DNA of 64,000 nt from Candidatus Berkelbacteria bacterium (GCA_016187225.1 JACPKC010000010.1:67541-131540); one strand, 5' to 3'; shown: positions 27,329 to 37,161, counted from the stretch's first letter. The notes: generated from the letters alone by a model not told the origin. Numbers and translations: made by a program.

Positions 27329-27389
27329 CACTCTACGAACGTTAAATGATTAGAGAGTGTCTAGATACTCATTTAACGTTCGTAGAGTG
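27329..27389. promoter_or_regulatory. Perfect 21-bp inverted repeat (CACTCTACGAACGTTAAATGA / TCATTTAACGTTCGTAGAGTG) with a 19-nt spacer; candidate operator or RNA hairpin
   Basis: It is seen directly in the sequence. It lies between the tRNA array and the downstream hypothetical gene. It abuts a TATAAT hexamer at about 27390-27395. Confidence 0.6.
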
Positions 27390-27454
27390 TATAATTGACA
27401 GAAGTGGAGTATTCTGATATATTGCTAATGTACGAAGTGTTCTATGGAGGGAAA

Positions 27455-27961
27455 ATGGAAAAGAAGGATAAACAAAAAGACTTTCAACGTCTTTTCGATG
27501 AAATCGAGTTGCAAATTTTGTATGCCGAAACTCCAATTCAACTTTCTTCAGCGCTTGCAAAGATTACAAAAAACAATCGCTTAATCCAGCGAAATTTACA
27601 TCGTCTATATGATATCGCAAGCCCGGCACGGATTCTAGGGTTAGTCTTACGCGGTTACGAAATTCCTGATGCTCTAACGCGTCTAGAATCAAATCGTTCT
27701 TTGCTCGATCTAAATAGAACCCTAGAGACTCTGTCGAGAACAGCGCTTAAGGAGCAAATTTGGCTCATGCTGGCGCAACAACGTGAAGTTCTGCTTGCTC
27801 AAATAGAACAAGATTTAGAGACACTTGTGCTTAGGTCGTCTGATCAGCGAGCGATTGCAAGTAGAAAACAAATTTTACTTGCAACCTACGAGCTAATCCA
27901 GGAAAATACAAAAATTGCAGTTGAAAAGGTTTTTGGGCGCGCTTTGTCGGTGGAGGGGTGA
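27455..27961 (+). CDS. Hypothetical protein (about 168 aa, helical)
   Basis: The ORF has a strong SD (GGAGGG) 3-4 nt before its ATG. The ORF-track TTG start at 27395 lacks an SD. There is no recognizable family. Confidence 0.5.
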   Translation: MEKKDKQKDFQRLFDEIELQILYAETPIQLSSALAKITKNNRLIQRNLHRLYDIASPARILGLVLRGYEIPDALTRLESNRSLLDLNRTLETLSRTALKEQIWLMLAQQREVLLAQIEQDLETLVLRSSDQRAIASRKQILLATYELIQENTKIAVEKVFGRALSVEG

Positions 27962-28893
27962 TGATAACCGTTATTGAGGAATTTGAAGAACTGATTGACC
28001 ATGGTCACGAGCATTTTGCGTGGATAGAACGCTTTATTGCGATCTATCTTTTTCATTTTGTGATCAATGTTCTAGCCTAAGGGGCTATCCCGAACAAGAC
28101 AGTTTTTCTTCGTTTCAGGTAACCGGCTGAAAACTATTATTCTTCGACTCTCCGTTTTACGGCATTTTTTGAATGTCTCAAACAAGAGCCAGAAGTATAA
28201 ACCCGTCAGTGCGGGCAGATTTTGTTATCGCGAGTGAACCGTAGCGATCCTGGTAGATTGTCGCGGTTGCAACCTCGTAATTTTCAGGATTGCTTCGTCG
28301 TCCTTGGCTCCTCGCAATGACGACAATGAGAAAGCCCTGATAAATAGGGAAACAGGGGATTGAAGGTGGCGTGGATAACTGTGGATAACTTTCACAATGG
28401 GGGAGTGAAAAGGGGATGCCGCGCCTAAACTGTTTAGGCGATTATATGGTGCATGAAAAAGTTTATAAGAGGGGAGTAAAGATTATTTAATGCTAGGGAA
28501 GTGCAAATTTTTTTTATTGTGTGTAATTTTTTATCCTACAAACTCTCCCCCGCTTTCAGCTTGTCGTCGTAAGTCATCCAATTTTTGATAGGCGCATGTT
28601 GCGTACGCTAAAAAACTCATTGATATTTTAGAAATAAAATACTACTCCCCTGCTCCAAATTTTTGCATCATTTGAGATCGTTAGGAAATTTATTTTCTGC
28701 ACCTCGAAAAGAGCGCCAGCGACGCTTTTGCAGAGAAGTCCTCGACTATATAAATAATTCTCGATGCGCTTCGCTTACTCGAACAAGAATACTTTTTAAC
28801 CATCAAAAACTTTCGACACGCCCGGACAAGAACCCAAGGCCAGTCTTGAGCAAAACATTTCTTGCTAATGGGCGGGAGACTTAAGACAGAGAG
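27962..28893. other. About 930-bp gene-free AT-rich region between convergent genes; candidate ncRNA locus or replication-origin-like region
   Basis: No ORF of 60 aa or more on either strand across about 700 bp. Tandem DnaA-box-like motifs CGTGGATAA and TGTGGATAA at about 28370-28388. AT-rich tracts at about 28490-28540. A perfect 8-bp-stem hairpin at about 28422-28440. Confidence 0.4.
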
Positions 28894-30546
28894 TTACTCG
28901 TTCCCGTGGAAGGGTCGGCGGATAATAAAGTATGAGACAATACCCGAAAGGATCGATGCTATCAGAAGAACAATGATTAGATTCGCTCCAGAACTTGCGA
29001 GTTTGACGGGTGCGCCTTTGCCGTCGGTTTTGGTTTGGACGACAACCGGTTCTTTTGCTGTTACTGCTTGTGTGCCAAGTATCTTCTCGCCTTGACGAAC
29101 TGTAATCGTATAATTACCGGCCGTCGTGTAGGTATGTTTCAAAGTTGTTGGGCAAGTGACGTTGCTTTGCACAATGCCGTCTCCAAAATCAACAGTTAAG
29201 TTGGTAATCGTATCGCCGGTGCAAGTAAAGGCAACTTCAAACGGCACTGTGCCTGTGGTTGGGGTCACTGCAAAGGTTCCTGTTGGGGGAGTGACGACAG
29301 TTTGAATTTGGGTTTGTGAAATTGTAAAAGAGGCGCTCTTGCTTTGAGTTTTATTTTCGGCCAAATAACTAACAGTCACAATATAGTTGCCTGAAGCGGC
29401 CGTCAGGCCGTCGGATTTTTTCTGATCCCAGGTCCAGGTCTTCGACTGGCCAATACTTAAATCGATGAGCGCTTGAGTCGAGATCGGCTCAAAGATCGCC
29501 GTGGAACCTTGCAGAATCTTAAAGGGCGCCCCATTCGGCAATTGAACCTTTGCTTCGCCAGTGTTTTTAAGCGTAAATTCCACCAGTTCAGCCGGTTTGT
29601 AGATGCTTTTCGAGGTTGTCAAGCTAACCGAAATTACTTTAGGCTTCTCAATGGGTTTGGGTTCTTCTTTGGGCTGTGTAGTCGTGACGGTTTTTGTATC
29701 GACAGTCTTACCATTGACGATCAGAGTGACTGTAAAAGTTCCCACCGAAGTATAAGTATGGGTTTCAGCGGCATTTGCATCGTCTAGGGTTGTGCCATCG
29801 CCAAAGTTCCATTTAATCTTGGGCGAGGCGCTACCGCCTTGCGGCGGTGTATAGGTGGCTGTTACCTTTAAGGGAATATTTCCCGTTGTTGGCTCGACCA
29901 CCATTGTGCCCAAATCATTTGGATCATGCAGAGCACTAAACGCAAAATCATCAATTCCAAAACCGTCAGTAGTGCCAGGAGCATTTTTCTTTAAGCGAAT
30001 CTCGGCAATGCCACTATCCGCAGTGGTGGCAGCAAGAGTGACTGGTGAGTTTACGCACTGACCACCCCCAGGAGCATTAACGGTCTTTGTAGCGATGCTC
30101 TTACCGTCAATATCAAATGCTTCAATACTTACTTCGGCATTGCCAGCATTCCCAATAGAAAAATTCATAGAATCACTGACACGCCCCTGGGTAAACTTTA
30201 TCACTAGAGGAGCGTATGAGCTTGGTTTTGCGATTAGAATATTTGGCTCCGACGGCACTTTGTAGCTTGGGCAAGCCGCACTTGCCCCAGACGCCGCAAA
30301 AAGCGTTGCACCGCTACCGCCGCCGTCCGGACTCAAAATCTCTACACCTTTGTCGGCATAGGCATCGCCAGCAATATCGCCTGAAGATTTATCATCCCAG
30401 TTGAGAGTGGTTTTTTCTGTCGCAATGTCGGCTTGTGAGAGCTGAAAAGTTTGAATGCTCCAATAGCCTAAACTCGCACTAAAAATTAGCGCGCTCACAA
30501 CCAGCGCTTGCCGCACTCTCAAGTATAACGGTGGTATTTTAGCCAC
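28894..30546 (-). CDS. Cell-surface protein with PKD domains, an N-terminal signal/anchor and a C-terminal TM anchor
   Basis: PKD signatures 'KIKWNFGDGTT...THTYTSVGTFTVTL' and 'VDFGDGIVQ...HTYTTAGNYTITV'. The C-terminal tail 'KLASSGANLIIVLLIASILSGIVSYFIIRRP' has the form L-x-S-S-G-A-N + TM + RR. Confidence 0.75.
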   Translation of the reverse strand: MAKIPPLYLRVRQALVVSALIFSASLGYWSIQTFQLSQADIATEKTTLNWDDKSSGDIAGDAYADKGVEILSPDGGGSGATLFAASGASAACPSYKVPSEPNILIAKPSSYAPLVIKFTQGRVSDSMNFSIGNAGNAEVSIEAFDIDGKSIATKTVNAPGGGQCVNSPVTLAATTADSGIAEIRLKKNAPGTTDGFGIDDFAFSALHDPNDLGTMVVEPTTGNIPLKVTATYTPPQGGSASPKIKWNFGDGTTLDDANAAETHTYTSVGTFTVTLIVNGKTVDTKTVTTTQPKEEPKPIEKPKVISVSLTTSKSIYKPAELVEFTLKNTGEAKVQLPNGAPFKILQGSTAIFEPISTQALIDLSIGQSKTWTWDQKKSDGLTAASGNYIVTVSYLAENKTQSKSASFTISQTQIQTVVTPPTGTFAVTPTTGTVPFEVAFTCTGDTITNLTVDFGDGIVQSNVTCPTTLKHTYTTAGNYTITVRQGEKILGTQAVTAKEPVVVQTKTDGKGAPVKLASSGANLIIVLLIASILSGIVSYFIIRRPFHGNE

Positions 30547-30703
30547 AATCCCTCCTTTTGCTAGTATTTTAATACTAAATGGTAAATACTAAATGGTAAA
30601 TAGCGAACGGACCGAGTATTTTGATTGCTTTGCAAGTAAGCGGTGGAAAACATCGCTCACATATTTTTTCGGTCTGCTACAATATATATAATTGTTAGGC
30701 TAA

Positions 30704-31105
30704 ATGAATCTATGGAGGGGTATGTCGTTTTTAGATAAACGTTCGTCAAGGCGAACCATTATTTTTTTGATCTTACTCATCCTGATTGCTGGAGCGATTC
30801 GTTATTTTACAATTAAGCCTCAAACTATTATCACGCCAACCACCGCAACCATTAATGAGCAACTGGCAGAAAAAACTGGCATAATCCGTTCATTTGATGG
30901 CGCGACCGTAAAAGTTACCGATCAGGAAGGCAATGAGCAAGCTTTTACTTTAACAGATGACGTTAGAATTCGCGTCACGAATGACGAGGGTATTTTTGTG
31001 GAAGGTAAAAAAGATGATTTTAAGGCCGGTCGCGCCATTTCCTATTATCTTTTAATCGGCATCTCGAGTCCGATGAGTAGTTCAGTTGATATCGTGAAGG
31101 AGTAG
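30704..31105 (+). CDS. Small membrane-anchored hypothetical protein (alternative start at 30722)
   Basis: It has an N-terminal TM helix 'IIFLILLILIAGAI' followed by a beta-rich domain. It lies immediately upstream of, and is presumably co-transcribed with, the large secreted protein. Confidence 0.5.
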   Translation: MNLWRGMSFLDKRSSRRTIIFLILLILIAGAIRYFTIKPQTIITPTTATINEQLAEKTGIIRSFDGATVKVTDQEGNEQAFTLTDDVRIRVTNDEGIFVEGKKDDFKAGRAISYYLLIGISSPMSSSVDIVKE

Positions 31106-31107
31106 CC

Positions 31108-33114
31108 ATGACGCATGCTCGATTTTTAGCCCTTTTTGCTTTTGTTTGGGGATTGTTATTCTTAGGGTCGGCGCAAGCCCAGGTTTATGACCACCCGGGT
31201 TTGGGTCTTAAGGTGCCAGAAACTTCATGTTATACCTACCGAACTGGTGTTAGATTTGCCATAACTAATAGTTCTTCTATACCAATAATTGAGTCGAATA
31301 ATGATTCACAGTACGACTCATTCTATGCTTCATTAACAACGCCTGGCACAGGCGCACCAGCGAATAATTCAGTTTGTAACTTTGCAGTGCCGGCTGATAC
31401 CGCCGAAGTGAAATTACTTGCCATTCAACGGCCAGGAAGTCAACAAGCAATGCAACAATGGGCAAATTGTCCTAATTTACCTCAGTGGATGCAAAACATA
31501 TTTTGCCCCGGTGGCGCTAATCCAATGACTACGCCAGCTTCTATTAATTTCACGGGCGAATATCACAACTACGAGACCGGCAATCCTATCAATCCAAACG
31601 ATTTCACTCTTTATAAGCAAACTCAATATGCGCTGAATCCGGTTGTGCTCACAAGTAATAGCAATGGTATTGTCGACTTTTCAAACATTACTCCGGTGGA
31701 TGATCAGGTCTTGCCACCTCCGAATCTACCCACAGGCCGACCGTGGCAGTATCGAAATCAAAGAATCGGTATGAACAATGGGAGCAATGGGAATATTCAA
31801 ATCGCAACGGCTGGGTCGGTTTTCTACGTTAACATTCGCAAAGGTGCGATTCAGAGTCTACCGGGAAACTTTAATTTAAATTCTCCGACAACCTCATGTT
31901 CAGGCAACTCGCCTCGAGTAACATTAAATTGGGGATCATCGCAAAGCGCAACTTCGTACGCAGTTTACCGTAATAATGTGGCGCTTAGTTTGAATGTCAC
32001 AAGCCCTTGGACCGACAACTCCGTTGCGTCTGGCTCGCATACCTATAAAATTCGTGCTCAAAATTCAGTTGGCTATACCGAGAGCAACTCTCAATTAGTC
32101 AATGTGCCAACCTGCCAGCCTCAACCAGTATTATCCAGTGTTGCGATTAATCCACCTTTTGCCACAGTAATTACAAATAATATTGTGCAGTTTAGCGCCA
32201 ATTGCCGCGATCAGAATGGCGCCAACTTTAATGGCGCATCCGTGCTTTGGGGCGCGCAAAGAGGATCAATCAATCAATCAGGCCTTTATACTGCTCCGGC
32301 GACTGCGGGTTCCGATACCGTGACTGCCCAGTGCGCGGCTGTGGGCCAGAATCCAGTTACTGGCGCCGCGCCTGTGACAGTTAAAGGGGGGCAAATAACT
32401 GGGGATATCTTTGCCGAGGGCGATGTCAGCAATCTTAATATCGATCCGGATTCAGTTGTCTCATCGAATGGAAGCGTCACTGTGACTGGCACGAATAACA
32501 CAATTCAGCAATACGACAGCAATGCTTCTCAACAAGCAGATACTGTTATTCAAAAACTCATCAATGAGAAGGCCAATGTCCTTGGCGCTGGTAGTTCGGC
32601 AAGTTGCACTAATAGCAATAGCGGTAATTACACGCTCAATAGTGTCTTCAATCTAAATCCCAAACAAGCGGGCAATCCCAGTGACTCTGAAGAAAATGCC
32701 GCTAACCCAGAGGGCGGAGTTTGGTTTGTGCGTCACAATTTAATCATGCGCGGCGCTACCTTTAAGGGTAAAGGCACAATCATTGTCTGCGGAGATGTGA
32801 ATTTAATTTCACCTTCGAATGAGAAAACTATTGCTTACCAAGACGGTGGCACCGGCGATGATCTGGTTGGATTGATTAGCCTGAACGGCAATATCGATTT
32901 AAGAAATTATGATAATCTAGTCGGCGCTTATTACGCGCCAAATGGCACGATTGATGTTGGGCAGGGTAGTTCCTCGCTTGGGCTTTATATTGGGGAAAAT
33001 ATTACCCTTCAAGCCGCTGATGTGACTGTTGATTACGATGGTCGCATTACTAACGGTCCACCCCCAGGCTTCAGCAAATCCTTCGTACCCTCGCTTTCTG
33101 AGGTCGCGCCGTAA
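31108..33114 (+). CDS. Large secreted protein with an FN3-like domain, a Big_2 (bacterial Ig-like) domain and a C-terminal beta-helix-like region; candidate adhesin upstream of the pilus locus
   Basis: Signal peptide 'LALFAFVWGLLFLGSAQAQV'. FN3-like 'RVTLNWGSSQSATSYAVYRNN...HTYKIRAQNSVGY'. Big_2-like 'VAINPPFATVITNNIVQFSANCRDQNG...YTAPATAGSDTVTAQ'. Confidence 0.65.
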   Translation: MTHARFLALFAFVWGLLFLGSAQAQVYDHPGLGLKVPETSCYTYRTGVRFAITNSSSIPIIESNNDSQYDSFYASLTTPGTGAPANNSVCNFAVPADTAEVKLLAIQRPGSQQAMQQWANCPNLPQWMQNIFCPGGANPMTTPASINFTGEYHNYETGNPINPNDFTLYKQTQYALNPVVLTSNSNGIVDFSNITPVDDQVLPPPNLPTGRPWQYRNQRIGMNNGSNGNIQIATAGSVFYVNIRKGAIQSLPGNFNLNSPTTSCSGNSPRVTLNWGSSQSATSYAVYRNNVALSLNVTSPWTDNSVASGSHTYKIRAQNSVGYTESNSQLVNVPTCQPQPVLSSVAINPPFATVITNNIVQFSANCRDQNGANFNGASVLWGAQRGSINQSGLYTAPATAGSDTVTAQCAAVGQNPVTGAAPVTVKGGQITGDIFAEGDVSNLNIDPDSVVSSNGSVTVTGTNNTIQQYDSNASQQADTVIQKLINEKANVLGAGSSASCTNSNSGNYTLNSVFNLNPKQAGNPSDSEENAANPEGGVWFVRHNLIMRGATFKGKGTIIVCGDVNLISPSNEKTIAYQDGGTGDDLVGLISLNGNIDLRNYDNLVGAYYAPNGTIDVGQGSSSLGLYIGENITLQAADVTVDYDGRITNGPPPGFSKSFVPSLSEVAP

Positions 33115-33146
33115 TCCAATGTGCTATACTTTAAGCATACTTTCTA

Positions 33147-33809
33147 TTGAGGAGGGGCGTGTTAAGTTTCCAAAATGATGGCATTCAACCGGCTAAGACG
33201 CCGGCAAATGGAGCGGCAGGCCCAGCGCCTGTTCAACCAGCCAAATCTGCTCTTGACCCAAGTGTGGTAGCAATCAACCCGGAATCAAACGATTCGCTAA
33301 TCGCAATTTTTGCGGGTTTAAGTGTTGCTCTTAGTCTCCTCGGCGGTGTTGCGGCCTCATTTTTGCGGGCCCAAGCGAAAGGAGAAGCTGAAGCCTCAAG
33401 TCAAAAAGTGACGAGCCTTCAGCAGGAATTCGCCTCGGGCGATCTTAAAACTATGCTCGATAAGGCTGGTTTAGTTGAAAAACAGCTCGAGGTCACAAAA
33501 GAATTCTCTGCCGCCCTGCCTTGGCCAAAGCTCTTAAAAGCTCTAGCCGACAAAGTCCCTGGATCGGTTAAATTTACGGCCAATTCTTTTGAAACTGACA
33601 AGTCATTAAGAATTGACGGCTCGGCAAATAATTACGCCGAGGTAGCGCGACTCATGACCGCCATCGAGTCGACGGATGAGTTTTCGGAGATTGCGCTGAC
33701 GAGCGCAACTCTTTCTGAATCTGTCGACGGTAATTCGATTACTTTTTCAATCACGGCCAAATATGCGGCGCCAGTCGCTGGAGGGGATGATGGCGGAAAT
33801 ACAAACTGA
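33147..33809 (+). CDS. pilN: Type IV pilus assembly protein PilN-like
   Basis: It has a single TM helix, a coiled coil and the C-terminal PilN-like block 'LRIDGSANNYAEVARLMTAIESTDEFSEIAL'. It is the first gene of the pilus assembly operon. Confidence 0.65.
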   Translation: MRRGVLSFQNDGIQPAKTPANGAAGPAPVQPAKSALDPSVVAINPESNDSLIAIFAGLSVALSLLGGVAASFLRAQAKGEAEASSQKVTSLQQEFASGDLKTMLDKAGLVEKQLEVTKEFSAALPWPKLLKALADKVPGSVKFTANSFETDKSLRIDGSANNYAEVARLMTAIESTDEFSEIALTSATLSESVDGNSITFSITAKYAAPVAGGDDGGNTN

Positions 33810-34389
33810 ATCAACTAAACATAACACTTTGTTGTGGCTAATTTTAGGCGTGATTGGTTCAGCCGCGGCATTCTATTTATATACCTTGCCTCAAATTCGC
33901 GAGCTCAAGCTTTTGCGCACGCAGTCGGCGACGCTTGAGGCTGATCTTTCAAGCTTAAACGAAAAGAAAACCACTGTTGTTAAATTAAACGACGATCTTA
34001 AAAGGAGCACTGCGCTGACTGACAAACTTGCTCTGGCTGTGCCAGAGGATGAGGCTATCGATGAGCTCATTACTTCACTTGAAAAGATTGTTGAAAAAGC
34101 GGGCATTACTTTGTTGTCGGTTCAGCCGGCAAGCAATGTTGAAACAGGCAAGACAACCGCTATGCTTTCAACCCGAGGCTCATATTCCGGCACAACACTA
34201 TTTCTTGAATTTTTAGAAAAGAACCTTCGTCCGATTGGCGTCAATGATCTTGCACTCACAGCGACGTCGGATATTCAAGGCGCGTCGCTGATTAGCGCCT
34301 CATTCGAGATTACTCCTGCCCAGATTGCCAAGGCCGCACCGGCGGCAGAGACGTCCGCTCAAGACACAGAGACAAAAGGAGCCCAATGA
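33787..34389 (+). CDS. pilO: Type IV pilus assembly protein PilO-like
   Basis: It has a TM helix 'LLWLILGVIGSAAAFYLY', a coiled coil and a C-terminal PilO-like fold. The start is taken at an ATG after the GGAGGGG SD; the ORF-track start at 33763 overlaps pilN. Confidence 0.65.
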   Translation: MMAEIQTESTKHNTLLWLILGVIGSAAAFYLYTLPQIRELKLLRTQSATLEADLSSLNEKKTTVVKLNDDLKRSTALTDKLALAVPEDEAIDELITSLEKIVEKAGITLLSVQPASNVETGKTTAMLSTRGSYSGTTLFLEFLEKNLRPIGVNDLALTATSDIQGASLISASFEITPAQIAKAAPAAETSAQDTETKGAQ

Positions 34390-34637
34390 ATCGGCCCATA
34401 GTAATTGGCATCGGTTTAGGAGTGAATCTCATTCTTGCGGGTGTGACACTTTGGCTGATTATGCGCGCCGTGCCCATGACGTCGGATATTGAAAGCGCCC
34501 GGACAAAAGTTGAACCTGCGCCAAAATTTACGATCAAAGATATCGAGGCGCTTAAATTGGATGAAAAAACCCTGAATGGTGACTTGCCGATCTCGATTGA
34601 TGGAGTTGGGCGTGTCGATCCATACGCGGGGATTTAG
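34386..34637 (+). CDS. Small single-TM protein (83 aa) between pilO and pilB; possible minor pilus-assembly component
   Basis: There is an ATGA overlap with pilO. The TM helix is 'IVIGIGLGVNLILAGVTLWLI'. There is no family match. Confidence 0.45.
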   Translation: MNRPIVIGIGLGVNLILAGVTLWLIMRAVPMTSDIESARTKVEPAPKFTIKDIEALKLDEKTLNGDLPISIDGVGRVDPYAGI

Positions 34638-34642
34638 CAATT

Positions 34643-37153
34643 ATGGTGAACCCTCAAGCCCAAAATAATTTGGAGATTCTCAAAAAAACGGCCGCTGAAC
34701 TCGGCCTTGAGCTTGTCGCACTCACCCAGGACACTCCTGAACAATCCGCCCTGGCTCTGGTGCCCGAAGCATTGGCGCGTCAATATCAGTTACTGCCTTT
34801 AACTCTTAAAGAGAAATCACTCACTCTCGTCTTAACTGATCCAGCGCTCTTGACAAAACCAGCGCCCAAATTTCTGCAGGAACTCAAGCAAAACGGGTAT
34901 CATCTGCGTTTGCAACTCACATCCAGCGAGGATTTTCAAACTGCTTTGGGAGCTTATCGACCACAAGTCAATGGCCAGAGGCCACTATCCAGAGTGAATA
35001 ACGCTCAAAGTCAGAACATGCAAGCGAAAACAACTGTGCAGGCAGGTCCTCAACCAGTAACTAGTATACCCCCAGTCGCTTCACCCGCACTTTCGGTGCC
35101 AGCCTCGGTGCATTCGGCGCAAGTCGAGTTAGTTATATTGAAAAGCAGAGAAGTGCCTTTGAACGTTTTAAACAAATTCCCCCAGGACGTGGCGAAAAAG
35201 TATCAGATGGTTGTGTTTGAACTTTCAGCCGACGGTCAGGAGGCATCCGTTGCCGCCCTTAAACCTAACGACCGTCGAATTCGAGAAATTCTCAAGTTTA
35301 TTGAGGCGCGAAACAAGGTTCGAATTCATTTATTCTCGGCGAGTAAAGAGGATATTGAAGGAGTATTGAAGCAATATGACACAGAGCACAGAGAAGACAA
35401 AAAACCAGCCCAAGCTCCAACGCCAATTTCTTCGATCTCTACTCCGCCTGCGCAGAAGTCAGCCATGGTTTCGGCGCCACTAAAGCCGAGTTTTGCGCCG
35501 ACAATTCTCACTCCTTCAGTGAAACCTAATTCTGTGTCGCGCATTCCACCCAAACCCGTTTCAGCGCCGCTCCCAGTTGTCCCCAAAAGACCTATCTTGT
35601 CGCCTTTGCCGACGCCGCTGGCGGCGCGGCCAGTTACGCCCATTGGGCCCAAAATCGGCGGCCTTACACCAGCTCAACCAATTGCGCCCGAGACGCCAAA
35701 TAGTTTGGGCACGACCGATCTTAAATCATACCAAGAAGCAATCATTCGTAATTCTGCCACTCTTCGAGATCCAAGTACGCCGGTTCCAACGGTCGAAGTT
35801 GGTGATTTACAACTCCCAACCAATCAACTTGGCGTGGGCGAGTTGCCGGAAGGACAAGCGCCGATTATGATAACCAATATCGGCGCAGAAGATAAAAATC
35901 TCGACATAGTTCTCGGCACGACCGTTGAAACTTCTGAACAACTTGAGCAAATTCTTAAATCTGGCATGGTGCCAAAAATTGTCGCCGCGATCGTGTTTTA
36001 CGCCACTGCCGTGGCCGCATCCGATATTCACATGGAGGCTGGTGAGAAAGAGGTTCGGATTCGCTTTCGTGTTGATGGCACTTTACAGGAAATTATCAAA
36101 TTGCCGGTTCAACTTTTGGCGCCGATTGTGTCGCGCATCAAAATTTTAGCCAAACTCAAAATCGATGAATCGCGCATCCCGCAAGATGGCCGTTTCGGGG
36201 TGATTGTGCAAAAGCGGGAAATTGATCTGCGAGTTTCAACCCTGCCAACAGTTTTCGGCGAAAAAGTGGTTATGCGGATTCTCGATAAAGAAAAAAGTTT
36301 GAAAAAACTCACTGAATTGGGTATTCAGGGTACTAATCTCGCTCGAATCCAGTCAGCAATCAAAGACCCCTTTGGTATCATTTTAGTGACTGGTCCGACC
36401 GGTTCAGGCAAGACCACAACACTTTACGCGATGTTAACTGAACTCAATACCGCAAGTGTCAACATTGTTACTCTCGAAGACCCGGTCGAGTATCAGCTTG
36501 ATGGCATCAATCAGACCCAGGTCAAGCCAAAAATCGGCTTTGGTTTTGCCGATGGTTTACGTTCAATTCTGCGGCAAGACCCGAACATTATTATGGTTGG
36601 CGAGATTCGCGATGGAGAGACTGCCGGCCTGGCAACTCAAGCCGCGTTGACCGGTCACCTGGTGCTTTCAACTTTGCATACCAACGACTCATCTGGAGCG
36701 CTTCCCCGGATGATCGATATGCACGTTGAACCATTCCTCCTAGCTTCTTCGGTGAATATCGTGATTGCCCAGCGTTTGATTCGTCGCTTGTGCTCAAAGT
36801 GTCGCCAGCCAGCCTCAATTCCGGCCGAAACTCTCACTCGCATTCAGCAGGAGCTCGCCTCGGCATTCGCTCCTGAACTTAAATCAGCGGCGAGTAAGCA
36901 ACTTTCTTTCTTCGGCCCAAATCAAAAGGGCTGCAATGTCTGTCATAATGGTTATAAGGGTCGGGTCGGGATTTACGAAGTTCTAATTACCAGTCCGGCT
37001 ATCGCCGATCTCGTTCTTGCTAAATCCGCCTCGTCCAAAATTGCGGCTAAAGCTCACGAAGAGGGGATGATCACACTTAGAGAAGACGGCATCCTTAAAG
37101 CCATGCAAGGTGAAACATCGCTTGACGAAGTCATTCAAGCCACCAGCGAATAG
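34643..37153 (+). CDS. pilB: Type IV pilus assembly ATPase PilB (GspE family) with a duplicated N-terminal T2SSE_N-like domain and a Pro-rich linker
   Basis: Walker A 'VTGPTGSGKTTTLYAML', Asp box 'IMVGEIRD', His box 'GHLVLSTLHTND', and the tetracysteine motif 'CSKCRQ...CNVC'. Two N-terminal domains are separated by an approximately 150-aa Pro/Ala/Ser-rich segment. Confidence 0.9.
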   Translation: MVNPQAQNNLEILKKTAAELGLELVALTQDTPEQSALALVPEALARQYQLLPLTLKEKSLTLVLTDPALLTKPAPKFLQELKQNGYHLRLQLTSSEDFQTALGAYRPQVNGQRPLSRVNNAQSQNMQAKTTVQAGPQPVTSIPPVASPALSVPASVHSAQVELVILKSREVPLNVLNKFPQDVAKKYQMVVFELSADGQEASVAALKPNDRRIREILKFIEARNKVRIHLFSASKEDIEGVLKQYDTEHREDKKPAQAPTPISSISTPPAQKSAMVSAPLKPSFAPTILTPSVKPNSVSRIPPKPVSAPLPVVPKRPILSPLPTPLAARPVTPIGPKIGGLTPAQPIAPETPNSLGTTDLKSYQEAIIRNSATLRDPSTPVPTVEVGDLQLPTNQLGVGELPEGQAPIMITNIGAEDKNLDIVLGTTVETSEQLEQILKSGMVPKIVAAIVFYATAVAASDIHMEAGEKEVRIRFRVDGTLQEIIKLPVQLLAPIVSRIKILAKLKIDESRIPQDGRFGVIVQKREIDLRVSTLPTVFGEKVVMRILDKEKSLKKLTELGIQGTNLARIQSAIKDPFGIILVTGPTGSGKTTTLYAMLTELNTASVNIVTLEDPVEYQLDGINQTQVKPKIGFGFADGLRSILRQDPNIIMVGEIRDGETAGLATQAALTGHLVLSTLHTNDSSGALPRMIDMHVEPFLLASSVNIVIAQRLIRRLCSKCRQPASIPAETLTRIQQELASAFAPELKSAASKQLSFFGPNQKGCNVCHNGYKGRVGIYEVLITSPAIADLVLAKSASSKIAAKAHEEGMITLREDGILKAMQGETSLDEVIQATSE

Positions 37154-37161
37154 GAGTTCCG

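Noticed and set aside
28370-28390. Possible CRISPR or tandem repeat array at GTGGATAACT x2
   Set aside because: There are only two adjacent copies, no spacers and no cas genes. It is better explained as DnaA-box-like motifs.
28663-28884. 73-aa plus-strand ORF (TTG start) in the gene-free gap
   Set aside because: It has a TTG start with no SD. It sits in an AT-rich low-complexity context and overlaps the 3' flank of the convergent PKD gene. Its coding potential is unconvincing.
27962-28893. tmRNA, RNase P RNA or SRP RNA in the long gap
   Set aside because: By eye I found no tRNA-like 3' end (GGTTCGAATCC...CCA), no plausible tag-peptide reading frame, no RNase P P4 core (AGGAAAGTCCGGGC) and no SRP domain IV motif. 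This is unresolved rather than excluded, and it is kept as a finding for Rfam search.
35326-35652. 108-aa minus-strand ORF inside pilB
   Set aside because: It is antisense to the Pro/Ala-rich linker of PilB. Such low-complexity regions commonly yield open antisense frames.
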